Below are positions 39,382 to 51,639 of a DNA stretch of 64,000 bases, in pieces. The stretch comes from Octopus sinensis (taxonomy: Eukaryota): the NCBI RefSeq assembly GCF_006345805.1, contig NC_043016.1, positions 2,170,001 through 2,234,000 on the forward strand. Direction: 5' to 3'. Every line of letters begins with the position of its first letter. Position 1 is the stretch's first letter. The notes under the pieces are model-generated. The model saw nothing but the letters and a program-made list of their open reading frames with translations, was not told where the DNA came from and did not search any database. The translations under genes were made by a program, and so were the position numbers.

Positions 39382-41500
39382 CAGAGGCCGGAACACCACA
39401 GCCTACCGAGCATTTTAATCTTACCTGCGAAGCATTTTTGGCAGGTCCTGAATAACTTTCATAAACATTTATTTTTCAACATCTTTGCTTTCGAATTTAA
39501 TTGACAATAATATCAAATGTCCTTGAGGTTCATCATAGCAATTAAAACAGTCTCCTTGGATCAGCACGAGAATATGAAGTAGCAAGGCTGAAAGACAATC
39601 TTCTTAAGCAGTCTTCTTTCTTCCCCGTTAAGATTGAAAAAGTGACAGAAGCACCCGTGCCAGTTATGACGTTTCAAGATTTGGTAGCGGAATGAATGAA
39701 GTAATTCAGCGACGGCGAATTCTTCAAGGAATGTATGATGAAAATAGTGAAAAAAAAAAAGAGATTTATTTTCAGAAATCAGTTTGTCCTAGAGAACAGT
39801 TACGTTGAGAATTAAAGAAATCGCAGTCAATGTCAGTAATAGCTTGGGAGGTGTGTTACAGTCTTGAATATTTTTCCATTGCTATCGACGACACTACTGA
39901 TATGACAGATACCTACCAATTTACGGTTTTTGTAAGTGATGTTATTCCAGAATTTGCACAAGCCATTTCTTTGAAAAAATACAACTACCCAATCAAATTT
40001 ATACGACAGCATCATGAATTGGGTGATTCAATCAATGATTGGTGAGAAAAAAGGTGTGGTATTTTTACTTCAAGAACGGGTTGGTGAACAACAGACTTTT
40101 CAAGCTGCATTGCATTCTACGTCAAGATGATTTGTGTGCGAAGACACTCCGATTCAGACATTATGACGGTTATCGTGAAATCAGTGAATTTCATCCTATC
40201 AAGAGGACTCAATCACCGCCAGTTTCGGAAGTTCCTTAACCAGACAGAGGCTGAGTAGGGTGACCTAACTTACTTCAGCAATGTTCGTTGGCTAAGTCGA
40301 GGCAAAATGCTTGCGCGATTTTATTCACTGAGAGAGGAGATTGCCTTATTTTTGGACGCTACGATGCTGCTTTCTTAAGGGATCTACAATGGGTTGTCAA
40401 GCTAGCGTTCCCAGTTGACATGATGACACACATGAGCGCATTGAATCTTGAACTACAAGGACGGAATAAGGTCATATTTCAAATGTTTCGATATATTACT
40501 GCATTTGAACGGAAACTAAAACTTTGAGACTCCCAACTAAAAGATGGGAATTACTCTCATTTTCCGTATCTCAACCGGCACAAAGAAGACATTGATTCCA
40601 GTGTATTTGTCCGTAGCATTTAGGAATTGAAGGCCGATTTTTTTTTTTTTACACGTTTTGCTGATTTTCGAAAATGTGAGCACCCGCTTAAGGTATTCTG
40701 CACTCCTTTTGATATGGATATTGAGAATGTCCCTGAAAAGTTCCAACTTATAAATTTGCAGTGTGAGGGTCTCTTAAGATCAAAATTTTCACCAGAATCA
40801 ATCGTTGATTTTTACAAGAAATGCATTTTGGAAAAATGCCAAAATATTGACGTCTCTTTTCGCAATTATGTATTCATGCGAGCAACTTTTCTCTAAAATG
40901 AAGTATACAAAAATCGTCACAGAACAAATTTGTGTGCTGACCATCTCGATGTCATTTCGCTTCTTTTCAACAACAACAATTTCATCTGATGTTGAAAACT
41001 TATCAAAAAACAAGCAGAAACACATGTCCCATTGATATGTGTAACTAAGAAATGTCTTCTTTATAATTTTAATATTTTAAAAAAATTTTTATTGACTTTT
41101 CTTTGGTGGAGGAACTAACGAGGAGTCATCGAATTCCATGCATCAATAACTATGAAGTTGCGACATAACAATTTTTCGAGGCAAATACATTTGAAGTCAT
41201 GAAAAGTGCCACAATAGGGTATTTAAATGCTCTTAACACCTTTATGCTCGTTAATGTATCAATAGTTTTTCATTGACGAATTTTGAACCAATGAAGACAA
41301 TTTGAAGAGCAAGGTGCATGAACGGAAAAAGGTAAAAAACCACGATGTTAACTTAGGAGGAGTAATAATAAGACTCATAATTGCTCTACCGTAAGTGAAT
41401 GACCAATGGTATACATGAAAACCTCATGTGGCCATCCGGCCCGACGGCATGCCGTCAAAGGTCAATCCGGCCTTCGAGCCGAAAAGTTTGCCGGCCCCTA
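39382..41500 (+). mobile_element. hAT transposon, Buster/SPIN-like, decayed
   Basis: TIRs cagaggccggaac and gtttgccggccccta; 8-bp TSD atctacag/atctatag; FSIAIDDTTD, HCILRQ..LCAK and VRWLSRG motifs. Confidence 0.88.
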
Positions 41501-41659
41501 ATCTATAGTATTGGTTCTCAACCTTTTTTTTTTAACCTATGGACCCCTTTGATTCCTACTTTTAGTCTACTGGACCCCCAAAGCCATTCGATGCTCCCTA
41601 CCGCATTTTTAGAATTAAATCTTATTAGGAATTTATTCTTTAATTCTTCTATTCTTTGA

Positions 41660-41899
41660 TTTATTTCGATCATTTGACTGCGGCCATGATGGATCATAGC
41701 CTTAAAGGGATTTTTTGTCGAAGAAATCGACCCTAGGACTTATTTTTTTGTAAGCCTTGTACTTATTCTACCGGTCTCTTTTACTGAACCGCTAGATTAC
41801 AGGAACATAAATACACCAACATCGGTTGTCAAGCGATAGTGGGGGACAAACACGGGTACAAAGACACACACCCATAAATATCCATGTGTGTATGTGTGT

Positions 41900-41939
<40 letters not shown>

Positions 41940-42075
41940 AGAGCTTCTTTCAGTTTCCGTCTACCAATCCACGCCTAGGCTCGTGGGCGGTCCAGGCCGT
42001 AGAAGAAAACACTTACCCAAGGTACCACCCAGTAAGACCGAACCTGCAACCACGTAGTTGAGAAGCAAATTTCTT
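41660..42075 (-). mobile_element. SINE family 1, degenerate full length
   Basis: Reverse complement of 3113-3575, with internal (TG)n. Confidence 0.7.
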
Positions 42076-42139
42076 ATTTTAAAATAATGCAAATAATTGT
42101 GTATTGTATATAACTATAACCAAGTTATTACACATAATT

Positions 42140-42418
42140 AGCAGGTCGGGTGAAATACTTAGCAGTATTTCGTCTGCCGTTACGTTCTGAGTTCAAATTC
42201 CACCGAGGTCCTTTGCCTTTCATCCTTTCGGGATCGATTAAAATAAGTCCATTTACCCACTGGGGTCGATATAATCGACTTAAATCCGTTTGTCTGTCCT
42301 TGTTTGTCCTCTCTGTGTTTAGCCCCTTGTGGTAGTAAAGAAATAGGTATTTCGTCTGCCGTTACGTTCTGAGTTCAAATTCCGTCGATGTCGACTTTGC
42401 TTTTCATCCTTTCGGTTT
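42140..42418 (+). mobile_element. SINE family 2 plus partial tandem repeat of its middle
   Basis: gtatttcgtctgccgttacgttctgagttcaaattcc occurs twice. Confidence 0.75.
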
Positions 42419-42419
42419 C

Positions 42420-45400
42420 GAAACAGAAGGCTGATCCACAAGACAGGCAAGGCCGGCAGCGGGAATACCACCTCGGTGTTCTATAGAGGGCTGGTAGAGG
42501 CAGACATTGAAATAGAGTACTTAACATGAAAAATACACCAGGAAAACGCAAATAGTAGCCATAGAACAATACCAAATAATAACATAAGTACTCAGACTGT
42601 AAAACACGAAGATAGACGTAACATGTGCAACAAAAGCGAAATAACAAAACACAACAAACCCAAACTGTAGGAATGCATAATGATGAGCAAAATGCACCAA
42701 ACCAGAATACCACAGACAAAAATATAAACAGGAAGGAATGCAGAACAAACTTAAGAGCTGGTAACAATGAAGGAGGAAGCCATGATTATGATACTCTAAA
42801 ACTGTGTATAATCAAAGAATTAACAGCCACAGAACTCAGTATGTACCACCAATTCTACCTGTCAAAAATTAAAGTTGATAATAATTGCAACAGAAACAAA
42901 TGTCAATATCACCAGGTTTTCTGTAGCCACAAAAGAAGCTAGATACTCCTTAAAACCCATCAAAACAGGAGTATGCACATACTAAGCAAATGCTATGGAA
43001 AACTTATATCCAGAAATAAATAGAAAATGAAAGAAAGGATCTGGCAATCCTTAGTGAAATTAATAAGCAAGCAACACTGCTAAGCAACAAGAAGAAAAGA
43101 AAAATACTACAGAAATACAAAATTACAGAACAAGGTATATTATAAGTAAGAGAACAGTTAAATCAAGATATCCTAGCCAAAACACAAAGAATCCATTAGT
43201 ATGAGAAACACCAACATTTCTTTGAACAAAACAAACAGTTCAAATCCAATTCAAAAAGATTCTACCTAGAACTTGGCAAAAATAAAATAGAGATCAATGC
43301 AGCACCAACAACAGAAATGGGAGAATTCTGGAAAGAAGTATGGTCAGTGAAAAAACAACCTCAGAAAAGATCTCTTGAAATAGCTAACACAGTACCTGAA
43401 CAAATCTGAACACCTATAACAGTAGAAGGGGATCACCCAGACACTGCAAAAACTAGCAACTGGAAGGCACCCAGACATGACAAGATCTTCAATTTCCAGC
43501 AAAAATATTTAACAGGAATACATCAGATGCTGGCTGAGAAAATCAGTGAGATACTAGCAGAGCCAGAGATAACGCCTGAGTGGCTCACTGTAGGGAAAAC
43601 TATCCTAATTCCCAAACCCACTGGAACAACAAACCTACAAAGCTACAGAGTCATAACTTGTCACTCTACAATTTGCTGAGCCTTAACTGCAATAATATCA
43701 CAGAGAATAGGCAAACATCTGGTAGAAAACAATTTGTTTCCAGACGAGCAGAAGGCATGCTACAGAGGCTCATATAGCTCTAAAGAGCAGTTATTGATCA
43801 ATAAAGCCATAACTGAAGACAGCCAAAAGAAAAAGAAGGGTCTAAGCATGGCTTGGTTCAATTATAGAAAGGCTTTTGACAGTATTACCCTCACATGTAT
43901 CCTGGAAATACTAGCCATGAACAAAGTAGCACCAATAATAATAAAGTATATAAAACATTCCATGAGTAAACGGCAAACAGTACTGTAGTTCCAGACTCAT
44001 AAAAACTAAAGCCATCCCCATTAGAAGAGTAATATTCCAAGGAAGTTCACTTTCTCCACTCCTTTTCTGCTTGGCATTGACGCCTTTAACTGACATACTA
44101 AACAAAATTGGATGTGGATACAACTGCTACAGTAAAACAAACAAACAACTGGAAACCTTTCTACAGACAGTACATGGATTTGCCAAAGAAATAAACATGA
44201 AATTCGGCTTTGAAAAATGTTCCAAAGCAACCTTTCAAAGAAGAAAACTAGTTAAGAGTAGCAACATCACACTAGATAAAGTAAATGAAATAAGAGAATT
44301 AGACCAAACTCAGGCATACAAATATTTAGGAATCAATTAACTAGATATGATACAACACATGCAAATGAAAGAGAAAATAAAGAAAAAGAATTCTATAGAC
44401 AAGTTAGATTAATACTGAAAACAGAGCTCAATGCAAAAAACAAGATTATAGGTATCAACACTCTATAAATTACAGTTACAATATTCTTAATTGGATTCTA
44501 AATGAACTAATCAAAATAGACAGGAAAACAAGAAAAATAATGACAGAATTTAGGATGCACTACCCAAACTGTTACATAGAACAGTTATATATAGAATGTA
44601 TTGAAGGTTGTAGAGGTTTCATACAGCTAAAAAACTTTTATAAAATAACCACCATAGGATTACAGAACAACTTAATTCAGAAGCAAAGAAAACTGGTACA
44701 AATAGCCACAAAACATGAACAAAACAAAAAACTGTTTTCTGTCTTTAAGGAAGCTGAAAAATACAAGAAAGAAGTCATGGTACCTGACAACTATGAAGAA
44801 AAAGAAGAAACAACAAAAACTGTAAAACAACTGAAATCCAAACTAAAACTGGGACAACAAAGTATCATAATAATATGATGGCAAGAAAAGCCCTTACAGA
44901 ACAATTATTGGAGTAAACTAAACAGAAAAGAAATAGACACAAGTTAAACACCAAAAATGGCTGAGAAGCTCAGGACTCAAAGCAGAGACTGAAAAATTTT
45001 TTTTCATTACAGCACAAGATCAAAACCTATCCACCAGAAATCACCAGAAACACATGATGAAGAAAAATACCACAAGTAACTGCAGAATTTGTGGTGATGG
45101 GAAAAAAACAATAAATCATATTGCCTCTGGCTGCCCAGTCCTGGCTAAGAAGGAATATATTCACAGACATATATTGGGACTTATATGCACTGGAAGCTAT
45201 GCCAACACTATGGAATGACAACAGAAAAAGGATGGTATAGGCACATCCCCAAAAAAGTCTCAGGAAATGAGAAAGCAACCATACTCTGGAATATGCCAAT
45301 ACACACAGATAGAGAAATCATACCTAATAGACCAGACATAGTTGTTAGAGATCATGAAGAAAAAAAATGCCTTCTAATTGTATCTCTAAAAGAAACAGAG

Positions 45401-45735
45401 AAACTCTCAAAACGCAAAGATCCAGAAATAGAGATAACCCGAATGTGAACCCTAAAAACAGAAGCAATCCCTGTAATAGTAAGCACATTATGTATGATTA
45501 AAAAACATTCAGACAAATACAAAACCAAAACATTAGGACTTATGAATATATATAACATACAGAAAATGGCACAACTAAGCACTGTATACATCCTATGTAA
45601 AACACTTTCAATACAGTAAAAACAAGAGCATCACAGCAAACCACAGCACATACCCAGAGCACACAAAGCTGTGCTCGATAGTGCAGTGAAGGCACGTAAA
45701 AAAGATAAAATTACTGAATAATAATGATAATAATA
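42420..45735 (+). mobile_element. R4/Dong LINE family B, near full length, decayed
   Basis: RT (EQKACYRGSYSSKEQLLINK, WFNYRKAFDS, FGFEKCSK), CCHC, NRPDIVVRD; tail ttactgAATAATAAT. Confidence 0.88.
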
Positions 45736-45744
45736 AAAGGTTTC

Positions 45745-46095
45745 AAATCTTAGTACAAGGCCAGCAATTCTGGAGGAGGGGTAAATCCTTTGCTCAACTG
45801 GGGTCAATGTAATTTTATTGACCCACAAAGGTGAAAGGTAAAGTTGACCTAGATAGAACTCAGAAGATAAAGGTAGACAAAATCAGGTAAGCATTTTGCT
45901 TGGCATGCAAACAATTCTGCCAGCTCCCTGCCTTCATTGCTCTTAGTAATAATAATGGTCAGTTAAATCAGTTCCACTACCTCATTGGTACTTTATTTCA
46001 TTGACCTCAAAACTATGAAAATTACAGTTGACTTTGATATGGTTTCACTCAGAACATTAAAAAAAAATTACACAAACATTTTGTCAGATGCTCTA
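45745..46095 (-). mobile_element. Two degenerate family 2 SINE pieces
   Basis: ttttattgacccacaaaggtgaaaggtaaagttgacc-like cores. Confidence 0.5.
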
Positions 46096-46098
46096 ATG

Positions 46099-46690
46099 CA
46101 GCAGTCCTCTACCGTTTTTTGTACTATGGACCAGTTCCATGCAAGACAATTTCTCCACAGACCAGTGTATGATATGCATAACAAAACATAATAAAGTGCA
46201 AGGACCCATCCTCCACAACAGAACTGTTAATGCCACTCCCTTATGTTGGAGAAGATTGACCTGCACCAGTACCAGTATCATGTAATGAGCACCCAGCACA
46301 CTCTGTACAGTGGTTGGCATGTTAGGAAGGGCATCCAGCTATAGAAATCAGACCAAATCAGATTGGAACCTGATGAAGCTGTCCTGCTTGCCAGCTTTGA
46401 TCAGACCAAGCAAATGGACATTGATGATAGTGGTGGTGGGGGTGGGGATATATGTGGGGGTGGGGATATATGTGGGGGTGGAGCGTTGGCGTCGGTGGTG
46501 GCGTCAGTTGTGGTGATGGTTGTAGTGGTGGCAGAGGTGGCAGTGGTGATGATATAATACAAAAACACCATGTAGACTGTACTCAATATAACAGAAATAA
46601 AGTTTTACATTTTATTCTCTCCTTGTGGCCCAGTAGCGAATGATCCACAGCCTGGTACCATTCCACAACCTGGCTGTTGGGGGACCATTG
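46099..46690. mobile_element. hAT (Charlie/MER1-like) MITE ends with inserted repeats
   Basis: Left end cagcagtcctctacc...gcaagacaatttctccacagacc; right end gttgggggaccattg. Confidence 0.45.
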
Positions 46691-47338
46691 TTTCGCCACT
46701 CCATAATTATCTATTCTAATATAGGTACAAAAGCTGAAAAAAAGTGAGAAAGGGTTTACTCAATCAAATCTATCCTAATATTTTATTCTATCAACTTCAG
46801 AAGGAAAAAAAAAAAAAAAAAAGATATTAGTGGGGTTTGAACTCAGAATGACAAGAAGTACACCCAGATGCATGTTTAATGATTCTGCTAATCCTTAAAA
46901 TCCTTATTGATTTTGCTAACCCCTTAAAAATAGCAATAATAATAATCTCTAAGACATACTAATTCCTGAAGTCTAAACTAAATAGTCTCTCATATACATA
47001 ATCTTTCAAAATTCAAACTTTCTGTATTTTTTGTGCAAGGAAGCCAAGTGAGCAGTGAGCAAAAGAAATGTTCTTTGTTTCTATGTTTTGAATTTAAAAA
47101 AAATTATCTAGTTCATACAGGGATGAAGTCTGCATAGAGAATTTTAGCATTAAGCTTTTAATTACTTCTATCACCCTTAGTAATAATAATAAAATTAAGA
47201 AAACATTTTTTAAAATTAATTAATCTTACCATCCCTAATTTCACTACTAAAATGCACATGTCTCAATATAAAATGAGACTTTAGCAGTTCTACATACTTT
47301 CAGCTGCGTGAGTTGTGTGTGTATGTGTGTGTGTGTGT

Positions 47339-47370
<32 letters not shown>

Positions 47371-47688
47371 CCTTGTCTAGACTTCACACGAGGGTTATAT
47401 ATGAGCATCATCAGCATAATAAATGAGATTGTTTGTTTCCAGTCATCAGTGAGAGACATGTCTGGCCAAGGTGAAAATATCAGCCTTGCTTGGAAACAGG
47501 AGAAGTTTGGTGACAGGAAGGGCATACAGCTGTAGAAAATTTCTCAACAAATTCTCTCTGACCTATTCAAGCTTGGATATTCATCCAAGGACAAAGTTAA
47601 TGGTGATGATGGTATACATTTATATGAACAGACAAGCAGACAGATAGATAAATAGAAATCTTTATATTATATACATATGTGTGCGTGT

Positions 47689-47717
<29 letters not shown>

Positions 47718-47722
<5 letters not shown>

Positions 47723-47855
47723 CCGTAGAAACACTGCCAGATCTGACTGGGCCTGATGAAGCCTTCTGGCTTCACAGACCCCAGTTGAACCGTCCAACCC
47801 ATGCTAGCATGGAAAACGGACGCTAAACGATGATGATGATGATGATGATGATGAT
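47718..47855 (+). mobile_element. RTE-type 3' tail with (GAT)n
   Basis: gtccaacccatgctagcatggaaaacggacg.taaacgatgat, shared with 49636-51192. Confidence 0.65.
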
Positions 47856-47864
47856 ATATAGGTG

Positions 47865-48010
47865 CAGGTGTGGTTGTGTGGTAAGAAGCTTGCTTTCCAA
47901 CCACATGGTTCTGGGCTCAGTCTTGGGCAAGTATCTTCTACAATAGCCACAGGCTGGTCAAAGCCTTGTGAGTGGATTTGGTAGACAGAAACTGAAAGAA
48001 GTACATCATG
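47865..48010 (+). mobile_element. SINE family 1, 5' half
   Basis: Matches 3113-3270. Confidence 0.7.
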
Positions 48011-48012
48011 TG

Positions 48013-48220
48013 TATACATAAATGCCTCATGCTAGGAGGGACTCTTAAAGTCAAAACTACAATAATAAACACATTGTACCGAACGCGAAGGAATGCAACT
48101 CTTGAAGCAAGCCTTTTAAAACCGGATTCTGAATCGGTACAATGTGTTTATTATGGTAGTTTTGACTTTAAGAGTTCCTCCTAGCATGAGGTATTTATGT
48201 ATAGTAATGCCCTTAATATA
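48013..48220. mobile_element. Fold-back MITE, copy 1
   Basis: About 60-bp arms tatacataaat.cctcatgctaggagg...cattgtaccga and their reverse complement. Confidence 0.75.
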
Positions 48221-48329
48221 AATAAATATAATTAAAAGGAATAATCAGTAAATGTTTCCCTTATGAGGTTTTTCATGCTAACTACTTGATAAATTCTTAT
48301 AAAGATTTTATCCTATTTTTCAATTATAT

Positions 48330-48363
<34 letters not shown>

Positions 48364-48499
48364 TATTTATATTATTTACATTTGACAGATATTTGTCCTC
48401 ACCTTGTTTGTTTATCACCAATATATAGCATATTGGTTAAGTTACTAACTCCAAATTCTGAGTTTGATTCCAGGCAGTGACCTGAATAATAATAATAAC

Positions 48500-48614
<115 letters not shown>

Positions 48615-48623
48615 GTAATAACA

Positions 48624-48803
48624 TTGGAAAAATACCTTAGGAATGAGAACTCATGTTCGAAATTCCCGCAGGACAGCTGATGAAGGCTGGATAGTACATC
48701 AGCCGAAACATTGTGTTAACAGCAAACATGATGAGGACAAATATCTGTCAAATGTAAATACTGTAAATAATGTACATAATTCCTCATCTCTCAAATATAG
48801 AAC
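48624..48803 (+). mobile_element. H1 hammerhead element (motif at 48672-48717, core CTGATGA)
   Basis: CTGATGA-A-GGCTG(10)CAGCC-GAA-ACAT-T-GTGTT, directly after (AAT)n at 48486-48620. Confidence 0.75.
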
Positions 48804-48829
48804 TGTAATATAAATATATATTCTTTTAT

Positions 48830-49040
48830 ACTTTTACTTGTTTCAGTCATTTGACTGCAGCCGTTTTGGAACACCACCTTTTTGTTGAACAAATTGACCC
48901 CAGGACTTATTCTTCGTAAGCCTAGTACTTATTCTACTGGTCCCTTATGCTGAACTGCTAAGTTACGGAGATGTAAACACACCAACATCTGCTGTCAAGT
49001 GATGGTGGGGGGAACAAATACACACACACACACACACACA
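48830..49040 (-). mobile_element. SINE family 1, 3' half
   Basis: Reverse complement of about 3390-3575. Confidence 0.7.
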
Positions 49041-49197
49041 TATATATACATATATATTACGGAGATGTACTTGCATAGTGAGTGACCTGATCTGAGATCG
49101 TGTGCTGGAACGAAAAAAAATGCAGCGTGGAAGGTGTTTATAAGCCATTTTAGAAACACACAAAAACCGTTAGATTCACTTCAACATTTAAATTTAA

Positions 49198-49248
49198 TTT
49201 GTCAAAATATTTTCGACGCTTTCAGACCACGACCTGTTCACTGACAAA
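49198..49248 (-). ncRNA. Minimal type-I hammerhead motif H5 with G3:C8 core
   Basis: TTTGTCA-GTGAACA-G-GTCGT(9)GCGTC-GAA-AATATT-T-TGACAAA. Confidence 0.7.
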
Positions 49249-49262
49249 ACTGAGATGCAGTT

Positions 49263-49486
49263 TATATAAGGGCATTACTATACATAAATACCTCATGCTA
49301 GGAGGAACTCTTAAAGTCAAAACTACCATAATAAACACATTGTACCGATTCAGAATCTGGTTTTAAAAGGCTTGCTTCAAGAGTTGCATTCCCTTGCGTT
49401 CGGTACAATGTGTTTATTATTGTAGTTTTGACTTTAAGAGTTCCCCCTAGCGTGAGGCATTTATGTATAGAAATGCTTTTAATATA
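49263..49486. mobile_element. Fold-back MITE, copy 2 (inverted relative to copy 1)
   Basis: About 85-bp TIRs; interior is the reverse complement of 48013-48220. Confidence 0.75.
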
Positions 49487-49635
49487 AATAAAATATATAC
49501 ATATATATATATATTATATGTATGTATGTATCTTATACAAATGTATATGTATATATATGTATATACATATTATATATGTATATATGTATATGCTTATATG
49601 TATATGCATATATGTATATTATATATACATATTCG

Positions 49636-50078
49636 ATGACTGGGATCCGTGCCAATAGAGCACTAACAGCGTGATTGTTGCCAGAGCAGCCAACTGGCTT
49701 CCATGCCGGTGGCACATAAAAAGCACCATTCGAGCGTGGTCATTACCAGCGTCGCTATACTGGTGCTTGTGCTGGTGGCACATGAAGAAACATTCGAGCG
49801 AGGTCAATGCCAGTGCCACAGGACTGGCTCTGTGCAGGTGGCACATAAAAAACACCATTTGAGCGTGGCCGTTGCCAGTACCACCTGACTGGCTCTCGTG
49901 CTGGTGGCATGTAAAAGCGCCCACTACACTGTCAGAGTGGTTGGCGTTAGGAAGGGCATTCAGCTGTAGAAACTCTGCCAGATCAAGATTAGAGCCTGGT
50001 GCAGCCATCTGGTTCGCCAGTCCTCAGTCAAATCGTCCAGCTCATGCTAGCATGGAAAGCGGACGTGAATGATTACAA
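49636..50078 (+). mobile_element. RTE-related 3' UTR fragment with ~65-bp tandem units
   Basis: ggtggca at 49708, 49774, 49837 and 49903, followed by the gttggcgttaggaagggcat tail. Confidence 0.7.
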
Positions 50079-50117
50079 TGATATATATATATATGTGTGT
50101 GTGTGTGTATACATATC

Positions 50118-50167
<50 letters not shown>

Positions 50168-50261
50168 ATATAAGCATAAATATATGTATATTATAGAGAG
50201 ACAGATAAATGTATACATACCTACTACACATATATACATCCCTTACACACACACATATATT

Positions 50262-50385
50262 TACATTATTTACATTTGAAGGATATTTGTGCTCATCTTG
50301 TTTGTTGTTACCACAACGTTTCGGCTGATATAACCTCCAGCCTTCTTCAGTGTCTTGGGGAAATTTCAAACCTGTGATCATTCCC
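50262..50385 (-). mobile_element. H1 hammerhead element (motif at 50311-50354)
   Basis: CTGAAGA-A-GGCTG..CAGCC-GAA-ACGT-T; helix I disrupted by a 1-nt deletion. Confidence 0.7.
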
Positions 50386-50389
50386 AGAA

Positions 50390-51192
50390 TTACCTTACTA
50401 GCACTTGTGCCCTGTGCTAGTAGGGTGCTAAGAGCATCATCCGAGCATGATCGTTGCCAGAGCAGCTAACTGGCTTCCATGCCGGTGGCACGTAAAAGGT
50501 ACCATTCGAGCGTGATCTTCAACAGCGTCACCTTATTGGTACTTGTGCTGGTAGCACAAGTAAAAACGTTCAAGTGAGGTCGTTGCCAGTACTGCCTGAC
50601 TGACACCCGTGCTGGTGGCATGTAAAAGCACCCACTACACTCTCGGAGTTGGCATTAGGAAGGGCATCCAGCTGTAGAAACTCTGCCAGATCAGATTGGA
50701 GACTGGCGCAGCCAACTGGTTTACCAGCCCTCAGTCAATCGTCCAACCCATGGTAGAATGGAAATCATCATCATCATCATCATCGTTTAACGTCCGCTTT
50801 CCATGGGTTGGACGATTTTGACTGAGGGCTGGCGAACCAGATGGCTGCACCAGGCTCCAATTTTGATTTGGCAGAGTTTCTTCAGCTGGATGCCCTTTGT
50901 AAGGCAACCAATCCGAGAGTATAGTGGGTGCTTTTTACGTGCCACCGGCGATGGGGGGGGGGGCTGTTAGGCAGTACTGGCAATGACCTCGCTCGAATCT
51001 TTTTGCGCATGCCACCAGCACAGGTACCAGTAAGCCGACGTTGGTAACGATCACCCTTTTACATGTCACTGGGCACGGAGCAGTTGGCTGGTCTGGCAAC
51101 GATCCCGCTCAGATGGTGCTCTTGGCACCCTACTAGCATGAGCACAAATGCCAGTAAGATGACGCTGGTAATGATCACGCTCGAATGGTGCC
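50390..51192. mobile_element. Tail-to-tail pair of RTE-related 3' UTR fragments around (ATC)n
   Basis: Plus copy 50390-50763, minus copy 50784-51192. Confidence 0.7.
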
Positions 51193-51211
51193 TTTGAAGT
51201 GTATATATATG

Positions 51212-51243
<32 letters not shown>

Positions 51244-51256
51244 TAATATATATATA

Positions 51257-51309
<53 letters not shown>

Positions 51310-51315
51310 TATAGC

Positions 51316-51367
<52 letters not shown>

Positions 51368-51472
51368 TATGTGTGTGTATGTATATATTGTTGTATATGG
51401 CGGTGCCCCAGCATGGCCACAGCTCATAAGCTGAAACTAGAATCAATCAATCAATCATATATATATCTATAC

Positions 51473-51569
<97 letters not shown>

Positions 51570-51639
51570 GGAGTAAACACATAAATGTGAAACAAGGTGG
51601 AAAAAGAGTACTCAAATACCAGTGGTATAGTAATATGCT

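Noticed and set aside
42440-42520. GGCCGGC...CCTCG at the 5' end of Dong B, suggesting an HDV-like ribozyme
   Set aside because: There is no P1 3' strand (GCCGGCY) or P1.1 GG after the putative P3, so the fold cannot be completed.
47754-47790. CTGATGA plus hairpin in RTE tails (also at 46367)
   Set aside because: No GAAA follows helix II, so it is not a hammerhead.
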